Source of the DNA: an uncultured Algibacter sp.
GTDB lineage: Bacteria; Bacteroidota; Bacteroidia; Flavobacteriales; Flavobacteriaceae
Assembly (NCBI RefSeq): GCF_947495675.1
Contig: NZ_CANLZX010000007.1
Location: 23,224 to 87,223, forward strand
Reading direction: 5' to 3'
Length of the DNA stretch: 64,000 nt
Each line of letters opens with the position of its first letter. The first letter of the stretch is position 1. The position numbers and the translations under genes are program-made. The notes beneath the pieces are model-generated. The model was not told where the DNA came from, did no database searches, and saw nothing but the letters and a program-made list of their open reading frames with translations. Shown here piece by piece: positions 28,842-37,939 of the stretch.

Positions 28842-30425
28842 TTATCTATACCCATTATTTGTTGGATCTGATTCCAATAAAGCTGGATTATTTTCTAATT
28901 CTTGTAAAGGAATAGGCAATAAAACATGATATGGTTTTATATTTACATTAGGCTCCCAGAAACGATATTCAAGATTCTGAACTACATCTAATAATATTCC
29001 CCATCTAATCAAGTCATATCTTCTAGTTGCTTCTCCGGCTAACTCCCATTTACGTTCATCGTAAATAGCTCTTCTAAACGATTCTTGATCTAGTCCTAAT
29101 ATAGCTTCAGCTTCTACTTGAGTAGCAAAAGCACGCTCTCTTACTTCTCTTATATATTCAAAAGCAGTGTTAGGGTTTCCTCCAGGGCGTTCGTTTTCGC
29201 ATTCAGCAGCCATTAAGGCAACATCAGCTAAACGGAATACCATTCTATTATCTGAGTGGTTAAAACGCGGTGAAGTTTCCAAATCTAAATTCCAAAATTT
29301 AGCCATGTAAGGAAATACTAAATCGAAACCTAAATAGTTATCTACAATATTAAGTTCTCTTCTTAAATCATTCATAGGAAATTTTTCCGCAAAATCTTTC
29401 GAAGCAACTTGTAAACCAGTTCCATTAAAGGCTTGTCCATTTGCAGCAAGCGCAGCTCCAAGAGCTCCTCTTTCATCGGTATTAAGGGGTTCATCTCTTA
29501 AACGCGGGTTAAACATACTTGGTCTCCAACTATTATTACCAGCAAATGAACGGCCAGGAAAAGCAGGATCAAATATACCTTCAATGTCCTTTGCAAAATC
29601 TAATGACCAAATAATCTCAGCATTATATTCATTTAACGGATCAAAAACATCATTATAGTTTGGTAAAATGGTATGAGGAGATCCATTTAAAATTTCATTA
29701 CACTTATCTAAACCAGCTTGCCAGTTTTTCTGCTTCATATAAATTTTAGCCATAATTGTAGCGGCTGCCCATTTTGAAGCTCTACCGCTTTGATCACCGG
29801 TATATGAATCTTGTAAATTATCTTGAGCAAACTGTAAATCTACTAAAGTACCTGCAATTATAGTTGCTTCATCTGTTCTTCCTAATGCACCTATTTCCTC
29901 TAGTGTAAGCACTTCTGTATAATATGGTGCCGCGCCCCAAAGATTAGTAATGTGCCAGTAACATAAACCTCTTAGAAATGTAGCTTCTGCAATAATATCT
30001 GTTCGAGCTGGTTCAAGTATGCCTTCATTCCCAGTTACTCTATCTATAATTACATTGGTATTTAATATGACTCTATAAAGATCCTTCCAAGTATCAGAAA
30101 CACTCATTTTTTGAACAGATACATCTGCCAAAGCTTCATTCATTGTATAATTACCAATAGGCTGTACAAAATTTGCAGCACGGTTAGGTTCAATGATATC
30201 GGCACCATTATCATAAAAATGATCAAGCCCTACTTGCCCGTATATAGAATTATTCTTTAAAATGGCATATGTACCATTAATAGCTTGTCTTGCATCACTT
30301 TCTGAAGCAAAAAAGGTTTCAGGAGAAACAAGTGCTCTTGGTTCTTCTTCTAAAAAACTCTCACAACTAAAACATGAGAATATCATAAAGACGTATAAAA
30401 TTATATTTTTTGTTTTCATAATCAT
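28842..30425 (-). CDS. SusD/RagB-family outer-membrane glycan-binding lipoprotein
   Basis: 527 aa with lipobox FSCFSC. Typical SusD features are present (AIATIMAKIYMKQKNW TPR-like helices; C-terminal RKWELAGEATRRYDLIRWG). It lies 7 nt downstream of susC. Confidence 0.9.
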   Translation of the reverse strand: MIMKTKNIILYVFMIFSCFSCESFLEEEPRALVSPETFFASESDARQAINGTYAILKNNSIYGQVGLDHFYDNGADIIEPNRAANFVQPIGNYTMNEALADVSVQKMSVSDTWKDLYRVILNTNVIIDRVTGNEGILEPARTDIIAEATFLRGLCYWHITNLWGAAPYYTEVLTLEEIGALGRTDEATIIAGTLVDLQFAQDNLQDSYTGDQSGRASKWAAATIMAKIYMKQKNWQAGLDKCNEILNGSPHTILPNYNDVFDPLNEYNAEIIWSLDFAKDIEGIFDPAFPGRSFAGNNSWRPSMFNPRLRDEPLNTDERGALGAALAANGQAFNGTGLQVASKDFAEKFPMNDLRRELNIVDNYLGFDLVFPYMAKFWNLDLETSPRFNHSDNRMVFRLADVALMAAECENERPGGNPNTAFEYIREVRERAFATQVEAEAILGLDQESFRRAIYDERKWELAGEATRRYDLIRWGILLDVVQNLEYRFWEPNVNIKPYHVLLPIPLQELENNPALLESDPTNNGYR

Positions 30426-30432
30426 TATTTTT

Positions 30433-33400
30433 TTAAAAAGTTACGTTTAAACCAAGTGTTATAACTCTTGGGTTAGGATATTGTGCACTAAGATATCCTT
30501 GTGCTATATTACTACGACCAAAACTACTTGCTTCTGGATCAATTAATCTCGTTTTAGAAAACAATAATAAATTCGTTCCTGAAAAATAAACGGTTGCATT
30601 GTTAATTCCGTCTAATCCCATTTTATCAACAGGGAAATTATATGCTAATCTCACGTTTTTTAGACGTATGTGCGATCCATCTTCAACATATTCCGAATTA
30701 CTTGGTGTGTTTGTAACAGAATCTGCACCTGCTCTAGGAATATTAGATGTTTCATTAACACCTTCTATCCAACGGTCACGTAAATCTCCAAACTTAACAC
30801 CTTCTCCACGGTTAAAATAATTATTCCTCATGTTTAGGTTGTAGACTTCATTGCCCGTAGTACCTTGAAAATAGAAAGAAAAATCCCAGTTCTTATATGA
30901 AAATGAGTTTTCAAATCCAAAAATTAAATCTGGTGTAGGATCTCCTAAAATCACGTTATCCTCAGTTGAAATAATACCATCCGGAACACCATCAGGACCG
31001 CTAATATCGTCAAATCTAGACCCACCAACAACTTGAGCAGTTAAACCAGAAGCATCAATCTCAGCTTGACTTTTCCATGTCCCTAAGTATCTAACTCCTG
31101 TGTAAACAGGAACTGATTCTCCAACAATTAAACGTGTATTACCAGACCCAATAATAGGATCTACTACAATATCAATAAAATCTACACCACCAAGGTCTAA
31201 AATTTTGTTTCTGTTTGCAGATAATGTTACCGTAGAATTCCAATTAAAATTAGAGGTTCTAACATTTGTAGAGTTTACAAGAAATTCCCATCCTTTATTT
31301 TCTAAAGATCCAACATTTTGTAATTGACTATTAAAACCTGTTTGTCTTGGAATAGTTACATCTAATAATAAATCTTCTGTTTTCTTGTAGTAATAATTAA
31401 ATTCTGTAAAAACTCTACCACCAAACAAAGATGCTTCTAGAGCGATATCGAACGAACTTGTAGTCTCCCACATTAAATTGGGATTTGAAGGCCTACCAAG
31501 AGTCAAACCGGGCACTTCTTTACCATTAAGTGTTGTATTTGCTTCAGTTAATTCTCCAAAAGTTCTATATGGCTCAATAGCTTGATTACCTGATTTACCC
31601 CAACTAGCTCTTAATTTTAAATCTTGAAACACATTTTGATCTTGCATAAAATCTTCTTCAGATATTTTCCAAGCTCCTGCTATTGAAGGGAAAAACGCAT
31701 ATTTATTACCTGGTGCAAAACGAGAACTACCATCTGTTCTTCCTACTAAAGTTAAAAGGTATTTATCTTTATAGCTATAATTTAATCTTCCGAAAAAAGA
31801 TGCTATTTGAAATGCACTATAATCACTAGAAACCGCTGCCCTAACTGGATCTGAAAAACCTAAGTTATCAAAACCTACTGCATCACTTGTAATTCCTGCA
31901 GCCTCTGATAAAGCTATTTCAGTAGCTACTTTTTGAAAAGAAGCACCTGCAAGTGCGGTAATACTATGATTTTCTCCAAAATCTGATTGATATTGTATAG
32001 TATTTTCATTATTCCATCCTGTACTAGCAACTGTTCTCACACTCGCTGTACCTCCATCGGGTACGTTATCTGCGAGAAAACCTGGCAATTGACTAGATGT
32101 AAATCTATTTTGCTTAGTATTGTTAAATTCTGGACTAAATGTAGAACGAATAGTCCACTTTGGAGCTGGACTATACTCTAAATAAACTGTTGCTAATAAA
32201 TTATTAGTAAACGTTTCATTAGTATTCAATGCTATAGCAGCTAAAGGGTTATTAAAAGGAGCTCCTGCAACCTCATCTCGTCCATTAAAGGTTCCATCGT
32301 CATTAAAAGCAGGCTGTGTACGAAGTATACCAAAAGCTGCCTGACTAAAACTACCCAGCGCGTTATCTTGTTCTAGTCTAGAATAATTTAATCTAAATCC
32401 TGTTTTTACTTTATCGTTAATTTTAAGATCTAAATTTGTTCTGAAAATATATTTTTCAATACCAGAACTCCTAACGATACCTTCTTGATTAAAATAATTA
32501 AACGATGTGTAATAATTAACATTATCTGATGCTCCAGAAACAGAAATATCTGCATTATAAATTGGAGCAGTTCCTAATACTAAATCAACCCAATCGTTGT
32601 CAGGATATGAAGATGGATCACCTGGAAATGGCTCTGCAGCAGACCTAAAACGAGCACTTTCGTTTGTAAACTCTATTTGCTCCCTTTGAGAAAGTCTATC
32701 TGGTAATTCTGGTAACATTTGTGAACTTGTATATAGATTTAGACTAATCTGTGGTTTTCCAGTTCCAGCTCCTACACCATTTTTTGTAGTTACTAAAACT
32801 ACCCCATTTGCACCTCTAGAACCATAAATGGCAATAGAAGAAGCATCTTTTAAAACCTCGATAGATTTAATATCGTTACTATTAATGTTGTTTAAGTTGA
32901 AATTTGTACCAACCACAATACCATCAATAACCCAAAGCGGCTCATTACTTCCCGTAATGGAGTTACCTCCTCTTACTCTAATAACAGTACCAGCACCTGG
33001 CGCACCACTAGTTTGTGTTACTTGAACACCGGCAGCTCTTCCTTGTAAAGCTTGATCTACTCTGGCAACTGGTACAGCCGTTAAATCTTCTGAACTTACA
33101 GATGATACCGATCCTGTTAAATCTGATTTTCGTTGCGTACCGTAACCAATAACAACGACTTAATCTAGCTTATTGTCTTGCTCTAAAGATACATTGATTT
33201 GAGTTTGATTACCTACAAGTATTTCTTTTGTTGAGTAACCAATGTAAGAAATAACAAGTGTACTTAGTGCATCTGCCTTAATAGTAAACTCTCCATCAAA
33301 ATCAGTAGTTGTACCTTGTGATGTCCCTTTAATTAATACTGTTGCTCCTGGTAGTGGTTGACCGTCTGCAGTAACTGTACCTTTTACAGACTGCGCATTA

Positions 33401-33489
33401 GACATTGCCATACAAGAAAATGCCAAAATAACACACATCCAGGTTTTCCGAAAACTCGAACGAATACTTAATTTAGTTTTTAAATTCAT
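30433..33489 (-). pseudogene. SusC-like TonB-dependent transporter interrupted by one in-frame TAA (33160..33162)
   Basis: ORFs 33160..33489 (signal peptide plus CarboxypepD_reg-like domain, ending ...LEQDNKLD*) and 30433..32916 are in the same frame. I translated the stretch between them and found no further stop: VVVIGYGTQRKSDLTGSVSSVSSEDLTAVPVARVDQALQGRAAGVQVTQTSGAPGAGTVIRVRGGNSITGSNEPLWVIDGIVVGTNF (plug domain). The stop replaces the Glu of the conserved LDEVVV(I/V)GYGT junction. The total length of 1018 codons is a normal SusC length. Confidence 0.8.
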
Positions 33490-33548
33490 AAAATTTTAGT
33501 TTGATTGTTAATAGATTCCTAAAATATTATGAATTTTTTTATCAACTG

Positions 33549-33613
33549 TCCTGTTGCATCCCTTACTATCCTGCACTACCCTGTGCTATTCTGTACTATT
33601 CTGTACTATCCAA
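33549..33613 (-). promoter_or_regulatory. Array of ~7 helically phased copies of the 10-bp unit (T[CT]CTG+TACTA) upstream of susC
   Basis: The plus strand reads TCCTGttgca TCCCTtacta TCCTGcacta CCCTGtgcta TTCTGtacta TTCTGtacta TCCaa, every half-site exactly 10 bp from the next. The array ends 60 nt from the susC ATG (33489) and begins 13 bp after terminator 33626..33662. Confidence 0.65.
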
Positions 33614-33625
33614 TAATAGGTTGTT

Positions 33626-33662
33626 AAAAAAAAATCTCAGACTACATAGTAATCTGAGATTT
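33626..33662 (-). terminator. Rho-independent terminator after the GH39-like gene 33695..35383
   Basis: The 10-bp perfect stem AAATCTCAGA (33632..33641) / TCTGAGATTT (33653..33662) is extendable by 3 further pairs. On the minus strand the stem is followed by a run of T, from the 9-A run at 33626..33634 on the plus strand. Confidence 0.8.
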
Positions 33663-33694
33663 CACAACTAAAAGAATGGTTATTTACTCTTTAT

Positions 33695-35383
33695 TTATTG
33701 AGGAATTAATTCAATTAATTTAACACTATGTGGTTCTAAATCCACTTGTAAGGTAAGCTTACCATCTATTTTTTTTACAATAGAATCTGTGATTGTTAAT
33801 GGCAATTTAGCCAACTGTGTATATTTGGTTAAGTTGGAATTTAACACGTTATCCCATCCATCTCCAAAACGATCTGAAGGTCTGTTTCCATAAATACGGC
33901 CGTTCGTATTTTCAACGATACCAGCTGCTCTTAAATCTTTATAAAGTTCGTGCATCATGATACCATGGTTTTTATCTATAGTCCACTCTTTCATTTTCCA
34001 GCTTGTACCGCCGGAAATTTGCCCACCATCTAATTGAGGGTAAAGCGTTCTGTTTGAAGTGCTTGTACGGCTTGTATTATGATTATAAACCATTAAGTAG
34101 ATAATATCACCTTTTATAACAGGTATTACACCTGCATGGCCACTAAGATTATCAATAGTTTCTAATCTACTACCTCCTTCCATCTTCAAAAACATTTCGG
34201 TTACATTCCGTCTACCTTGAGGTAAATTACTAGATTCTATTTCTTGTCCCCAATCATAAATTTCAGTAATTCTATTCTCATAAGCCAAGTCTGCAATTCT
34301 TGCATACCAACTTGCTCCTAATTCTGTTGCGTCTGTTAAACTAAGCCCACGAACCCTATTTTCGTCACGCAATATCCCAAATTCTTGAATATCAAAAGGT
34401 ATATTACTAAACTGTGGGTAACTATTTAATTTAGCTCTGTACGCATCTACAGTTTCAGGAAACTTAACTGTGTTTTCGTCAATTTTCTCGTAGTATGAAA
34501 TACAGAAAAAATCCATTTTTGTCCCTACTTCTCCTGTTGCATAATTGGTACCATTGGCACAATGATCAATAATCTCTGTAGTGAAAGTAGCAACGCCTTC
34601 GGTTAAATTATTTCCTGGGCCAATAATAGCATCCGGAATAACTTTTAAAACCTCATCTACTGTAATATCGTAATGTTTAAAAAACTCATCTTTAGTGCCA
34701 TTCCAATGTTGGGGCGAATAGTTTGGCTCTGTAGCTACTCGAAAGCGCCATGTTTTAACTTCATTCATACCAAACTCATTAACAAGTGTTTGCATAAATG
34801 CATTTATGTATTGTCTCCAAATATCATAATCATCTGGCGGGTTTGTATTCCCATAGGTATTTACCTCTTTTACCGCATTCATTTCCCATGGCACATTATC
34901 TAATACAATTCTAGGTTTAAAACCGGTTAACATAAAATTGCGCATATCATTTAACAAATCACTAAAATCTGTTATGATATTTCCCGAACCATCCACACCT
35001 TTGTAAAAGTCATTTTTGTTATCCGTTCTACCACCCAAAACACGAACCAAATTATAACTTTTAACATACGGCTTAATATTTTCTATATTGGTCCTAAAAC
35101 CAGAACTACTAAAACGCGTTTGATTTATCATTGGTCTTGTTGACCAGAAATTATATAATTGCCCTACAACTGCGCCAGTATTAATACTAACTAAATTATC
35201 GGGATCTACAACAATTACAGGCTGTTCTGGCTCTTCTGGTTCTTCTGGTTCTTCAGGATCTGGATTTTCAATAACCGGTTCGGTTAAATCTTCTGACTTT
35301 GAACATGTAAAAAATATGGTGAATAATGAGAGAAATAGAAGAATAGATAATCTTCTAAAGGAATATAACATTTTCATAAGCAA
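33695..35383 (-). CDS. Clan GH-A, GH39-like glycoside hydrolase (lipoprotein with a Pro/Glu-rich linker)
   Basis: 562 aa. The PEEPEEPEEPEQP linker follows the lipobox. WRFRVATEPNYSPQHW resembles the GH39 W-x-F-E-x-WNEP acid/base region. DIQEFGI is a candidate nucleophile. The gene is monocistronic, between an operator-like element and a strong terminator. Confidence 0.5.
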   Translation of the reverse strand: MLMKMLYSFRRLSILLFLSLFTIFFTCSKSEDLTEPVIENPDPEEPEEPEEPEQPVIVVDPDNLVSINTGAVVGQLYNFWSTRPMINQTRFSSSGFRTNIENIKPYVKSYNLVRVLGGRTDNKNDFYKGVDGSGNIITDFSDLLNDMRNFMLTGFKPRIVLDNVPWEMNAVKEVNTYGNTNPPDDYDIWRQYINAFMQTLVNEFGMNEVKTWRFRVATEPNYSPQHWNGTKDEFFKHYDITVDEVLKVIPDAIIGPGNNLTEGVATFTTEIIDHCANGTNYATGEVGTKMDFFCISYYEKIDENTVKFPETVDAYRAKLNSYPQFSNIPFDIQEFGILRDENRVRGLSLTDATELGASWYARIADLAYENRITEIYDWGQEIESSNLPQGRRNVTEMFLKMEGGSRLETIDNLSGHAGVIPVIKGDIIYLMVYNHNTSRTSTSNRTLYPQLDGGQISGGTSWKMKEWTIDKNHGIMMHELYKDLRAAGIVENTNGRIYGNRPSDRFGDGWDNVLNSNLTKYTQLAKLPLTITDSIVKKIDGKLTLQVDLEPHSVKLIELIPQ

Positions 35384-35425
35384 TTTGTTTACTTCAAAAA
35401 TAAATAAAAACCAACTAACAAACCA

Positions 35426-35455
35426 TCCTGTACTGTACTGTACTGTACTGTAATG
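35426..35455 (-). promoter_or_regulatory. Operator-like element merged with a pentanucleotide microsatellite (TCCTG TACTG TACTG TACTG TACTG TAATG) upstream of the GH39-like gene
   Basis: It carries the same TCCTG/TACTG words as the other sites, 43 nt from start codon 35383. Confidence 0.55.
35428..35452. repeat. Perfect (CTGTA)5 pentanucleotide microsatellite
   Basis: Five uninterrupted CTGTA units were counted base by base at 35428..35452. Confidence 0.95.
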
Positions 35456-35547
35456 CTATTATAAATAGAATTAATAAATTTTTGAAAGTTAAATACCTAT
35501 GTTAGATAAAAAAACATCTTGAGTTAACAACATATTGTATATTTAAA

Positions 35548-36321
35548 CTACAAAGACTTCAATCTAATATTTTTAAAAGACACAGTCATTGGTGGACCAA
35601 CATGCACTTGAACGCCAACGAATCCTTTTAAACTTCTATTTGTAGTATCTAAATCGATTACTTCACTCATTAAAACACCGTTTACATAATGCTGCATTAG
35701 ACTATCTACAACAATTAAATGCATGTCATTCCAGTCATTTTCTTTTACATTCGACTTTAGAGTTTTAGTATCCCCTAAAGAAGCCACAACATCTCTAGTT
35801 TGCCAACAATTCTTTTTAACGTTTTCTTTAATGTTTTTAATAGAAATGCTATCTGGCAAAGCATTAATTACCACTTTCTCTCCAATATATGCTAAAGTGG
35901 TTCGCTTTTTTTCTTCGTAATTTTGACCAGTATATTTATTTTTTCCATCAATATCACATTGGTAACCTTTTAAAGCAAAGGGGAAACCATCAATAACTTG
36001 ACTTCTATAATTAACACCACTATTACCCGATTTGGAAATTTTGTACTGTAATTTTAATTCAAAATTTTCAGGTTGTTCTTTATTATAAATTATAAAAGTA
36101 TTTCTTTTTAAAATAGTCTCTGGAGTTACTTCACCAACCAAAATACCGTCTTTAACCTTCCAATAAGCAGTATCACCCTTCCAACCTTCTAAATTTTCAC
36201 CATTAAAAATAGATCTGAATCTTGATGCCTCTTTATTAGCTTGGTTATTCACATTATACTTACATGAAAAACACGTAATTAGAAATAGTAAACATATCGT
36301 TTTAATAATATTTAAAATCAT
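35548..36321 (-). CDS. DUF1080 (3-keto-disaccharide hydrolase-like, concanavalin-type) lipoprotein
   Basis: 257 aa. FNGENLEGWKGDTAYWKVKDGILVGE...SGNSGVNYRSQ...GYQCDIDG...VQVHVGPPMTVSFKNIRLK matches the DUF1080 pattern. Confidence 0.75.
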   Translation of the reverse strand: MILNIIKTICLLFLITCFSCKYNVNNQANKEASRFRSIFNGENLEGWKGDTAYWKVKDGILVGEVTPETILKRNTFIIYNKEQPENFELKLQYKISKSGNSGVNYRSQVIDGFPFALKGYQCDIDGKNKYTGQNYEEKKRTTLAYIGEKVVINALPDSISIKNIKENVKKNCWQTRDVVASLGDTKTLKSNVKENDWNDMHLIVVDSLMQHYVNGVLMSEVIDLDTTNRSLKGFVGVQVHVGPPMTVSFKNIRLKSL

Positions 36322-36331
36322 TTTATTAATA

Positions 36332-37927
36332 TTAATCTAATGTTATCTTACTCTTCCACCAATTTTCATTTGGTTGAAAATCTTTTGATAGAACTTCTAA
36401 TCGTTGCTTTTCCAGGGCTGGTAATTTTTTATTTATGGTATTTAAATAACGATTTTGCGCTTTAACTTTACTGTATTCAACATCTTTAACGGGATATTTA
36501 GCACCTACTTTTTTTAACCAAGACAATAAATTATGGCTTAATTCTTTTGCTATTTCTGAATGTTGTGCAATCACATTTAAATTGTCATTTTCGTTTGAAG
36601 GTAACTTATACAACTCTTCACGACCATCTTCCCAATAGTGAATTAGTTTCCATCCATTTTGTTGAATTATAGAAGCTGGTTCGCCACCTTGATTACCGTA
36701 GTGAGGATAGTGCCAATACAATGGCCTATTTACAGCTAAAATCTTTCCTTCCAGTAATGGCTTAAGACTTATACCATCTATATGCTGTTTTGGTAGTAGT
36801 GGCACATTGGCAACATCAAGTAGTGTAGGATAAAAATCGGTATTAATTACGGGGAAATCTGTTGTAGTACCCGTTTTTTTTAACCATGGTATTTTTATAA
36901 AATAAGGTTCTCGAATACCACCTTCCCATTGATAGCCTTTTCCGCCTCTTAACGGCAGGTTACTTGTTGCATAATGATCGCCTGAGGCTACACCTCCGTT
37001 ATCGGAAGTAAAAACTACAATGGTATTTTCTTCTAATCCGTTATCTTTTAATGCTTTTAAAACAATACCAACAGCATCGTCCATGGTTTCTACTAACCCT
37101 GCATAAACTGGATTGTCTTGAACTTTACGAATTGGTAAAACACGTTCCATACTGTAACCAGTATTTGCTATACCTATTGAATCGGCTTTATCGCGGTATT
37201 TTGCCCATTTAGGTTCTGTAGTTTGTATAGGTGCATGTACTGCATAAAAGGATAAGAAAGCAAAAAATGTGGTGTCTTTATGTTTTGAAATAAAATTGGC
37301 TGTTTCATTGGCTAAACGTAATGTTAAATTTTCTCCTTTTTGCTTATTGGGCAATTTAGGGTTATTCCATGGTGAGAAGAAACCGCCTCTAGGCGAACCC
37401 GCATCTATACCTGCAATATTAATATCGAAACCATGATTTTCGGGGTATGCTCCTTCACCGCCTAAATGCCATTTTCCAGCAAAAAAGGTTTTGTATCCGT
37501 TATTTTTAAAAGCTTCAGCAATAGTAATATCTTCTTGCGGTAATGCATGAACATAATCTGCTGGTAATAACTTATCATAACGATTTCTTTTACGCCAATC
37601 TTCTCCTGTTTTGGCACCAATCCAATCGGTAATACCATGACGAGCAGTAAACTTTCCTGTCATGATGCTGGCTCGTGATGGACTACAAACTCTACTAGCT
37701 GCATAGCCTTGAGTAAACATCATCCCTTCGTTTGCCAATTTATCTACATTTGGTGTTTCGTAAAATGTACTACCTGTAACACCTAAATCATGATACCCTA
37801 AATCGTCAACTAAAATGAATAAAATATTCGGTTTTTGATGTTGCTTTATAATTTCTGATGCTTTGAATTTACATCCAAAAAAAAAGAAAATACTAATACC
37901 AAAAAACAGCTTATTTAGTATATGCAT
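36332..37927 (-). CDS. S1 sulfatase (arylsulfatase A-like)
   Basis: 531 aa. PNILFILVDDLGYHDLG...SRVCSPSRASIMTGKFTARHG gives a C-x-P-x-R motif. SDNGG and KGYQWEGGIREP are also present. Confidence 0.9.
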   Translation of the reverse strand: MHILNKLFFGISIFFFFGCKFKASEIIKQHQKPNILFILVDDLGYHDLGVTGSTFYETPNVDKLANEGMMFTQGYAASRVCSPSRASIMTGKFTARHGITDWIGAKTGEDWRKRNRYDKLLPADYVHALPQEDITIAEAFKNNGYKTFFAGKWHLGGEGAYPENHGFDINIAGIDAGSPRGGFFSPWNNPKLPNKQKGENLTLRLANETANFISKHKDTTFFAFLSFYAVHAPIQTTEPKWAKYRDKADSIGIANTGYSMERVLPIRKVQDNPVYAGLVETMDDAVGIVLKALKDNGLEENTIVVFTSDNGGVASGDHYATSNLPLRGGKGYQWEGGIREPYFIKIPWLKKTGTTTDFPVINTDFYPTLLDVANVPLLPKQHIDGISLKPLLEGKILAVNRPLYWHYPHYGNQGGEPASIIQQNGWKLIHYWEDGREELYKLPSNENDNLNVIAQHSEIAKELSHNLLSWLKKVGAKYPVKDVEYSKVKAQNRYLNTINKKLPALEKQRLEVLSKDFQPNENWWKSKITLD

Positions 37928-37939
37928 GAATTTTAAACT

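Noticed and set aside
30433-33489. Treating 33160..33489 (109 aa) and 30433..32916 (827 aa) as two separate genes.
   Set aside because: They share one frame. The 243 nt between them encode the missing plug-domain segment without stops. The 827-aa 'start' is an internal GTG (Val). Together they make one normal-length SusC interrupted by a single TAA.
33549-33613. The tandem array upstream of susC as a CRISPR or minisatellite of mobile origin.
   Set aside because: The units are 10 bp with no spacers and no cas genes. The unit sequence matches the two-copy element found upstream of the seven other transcription units, so a regulatory array is the better explanation.
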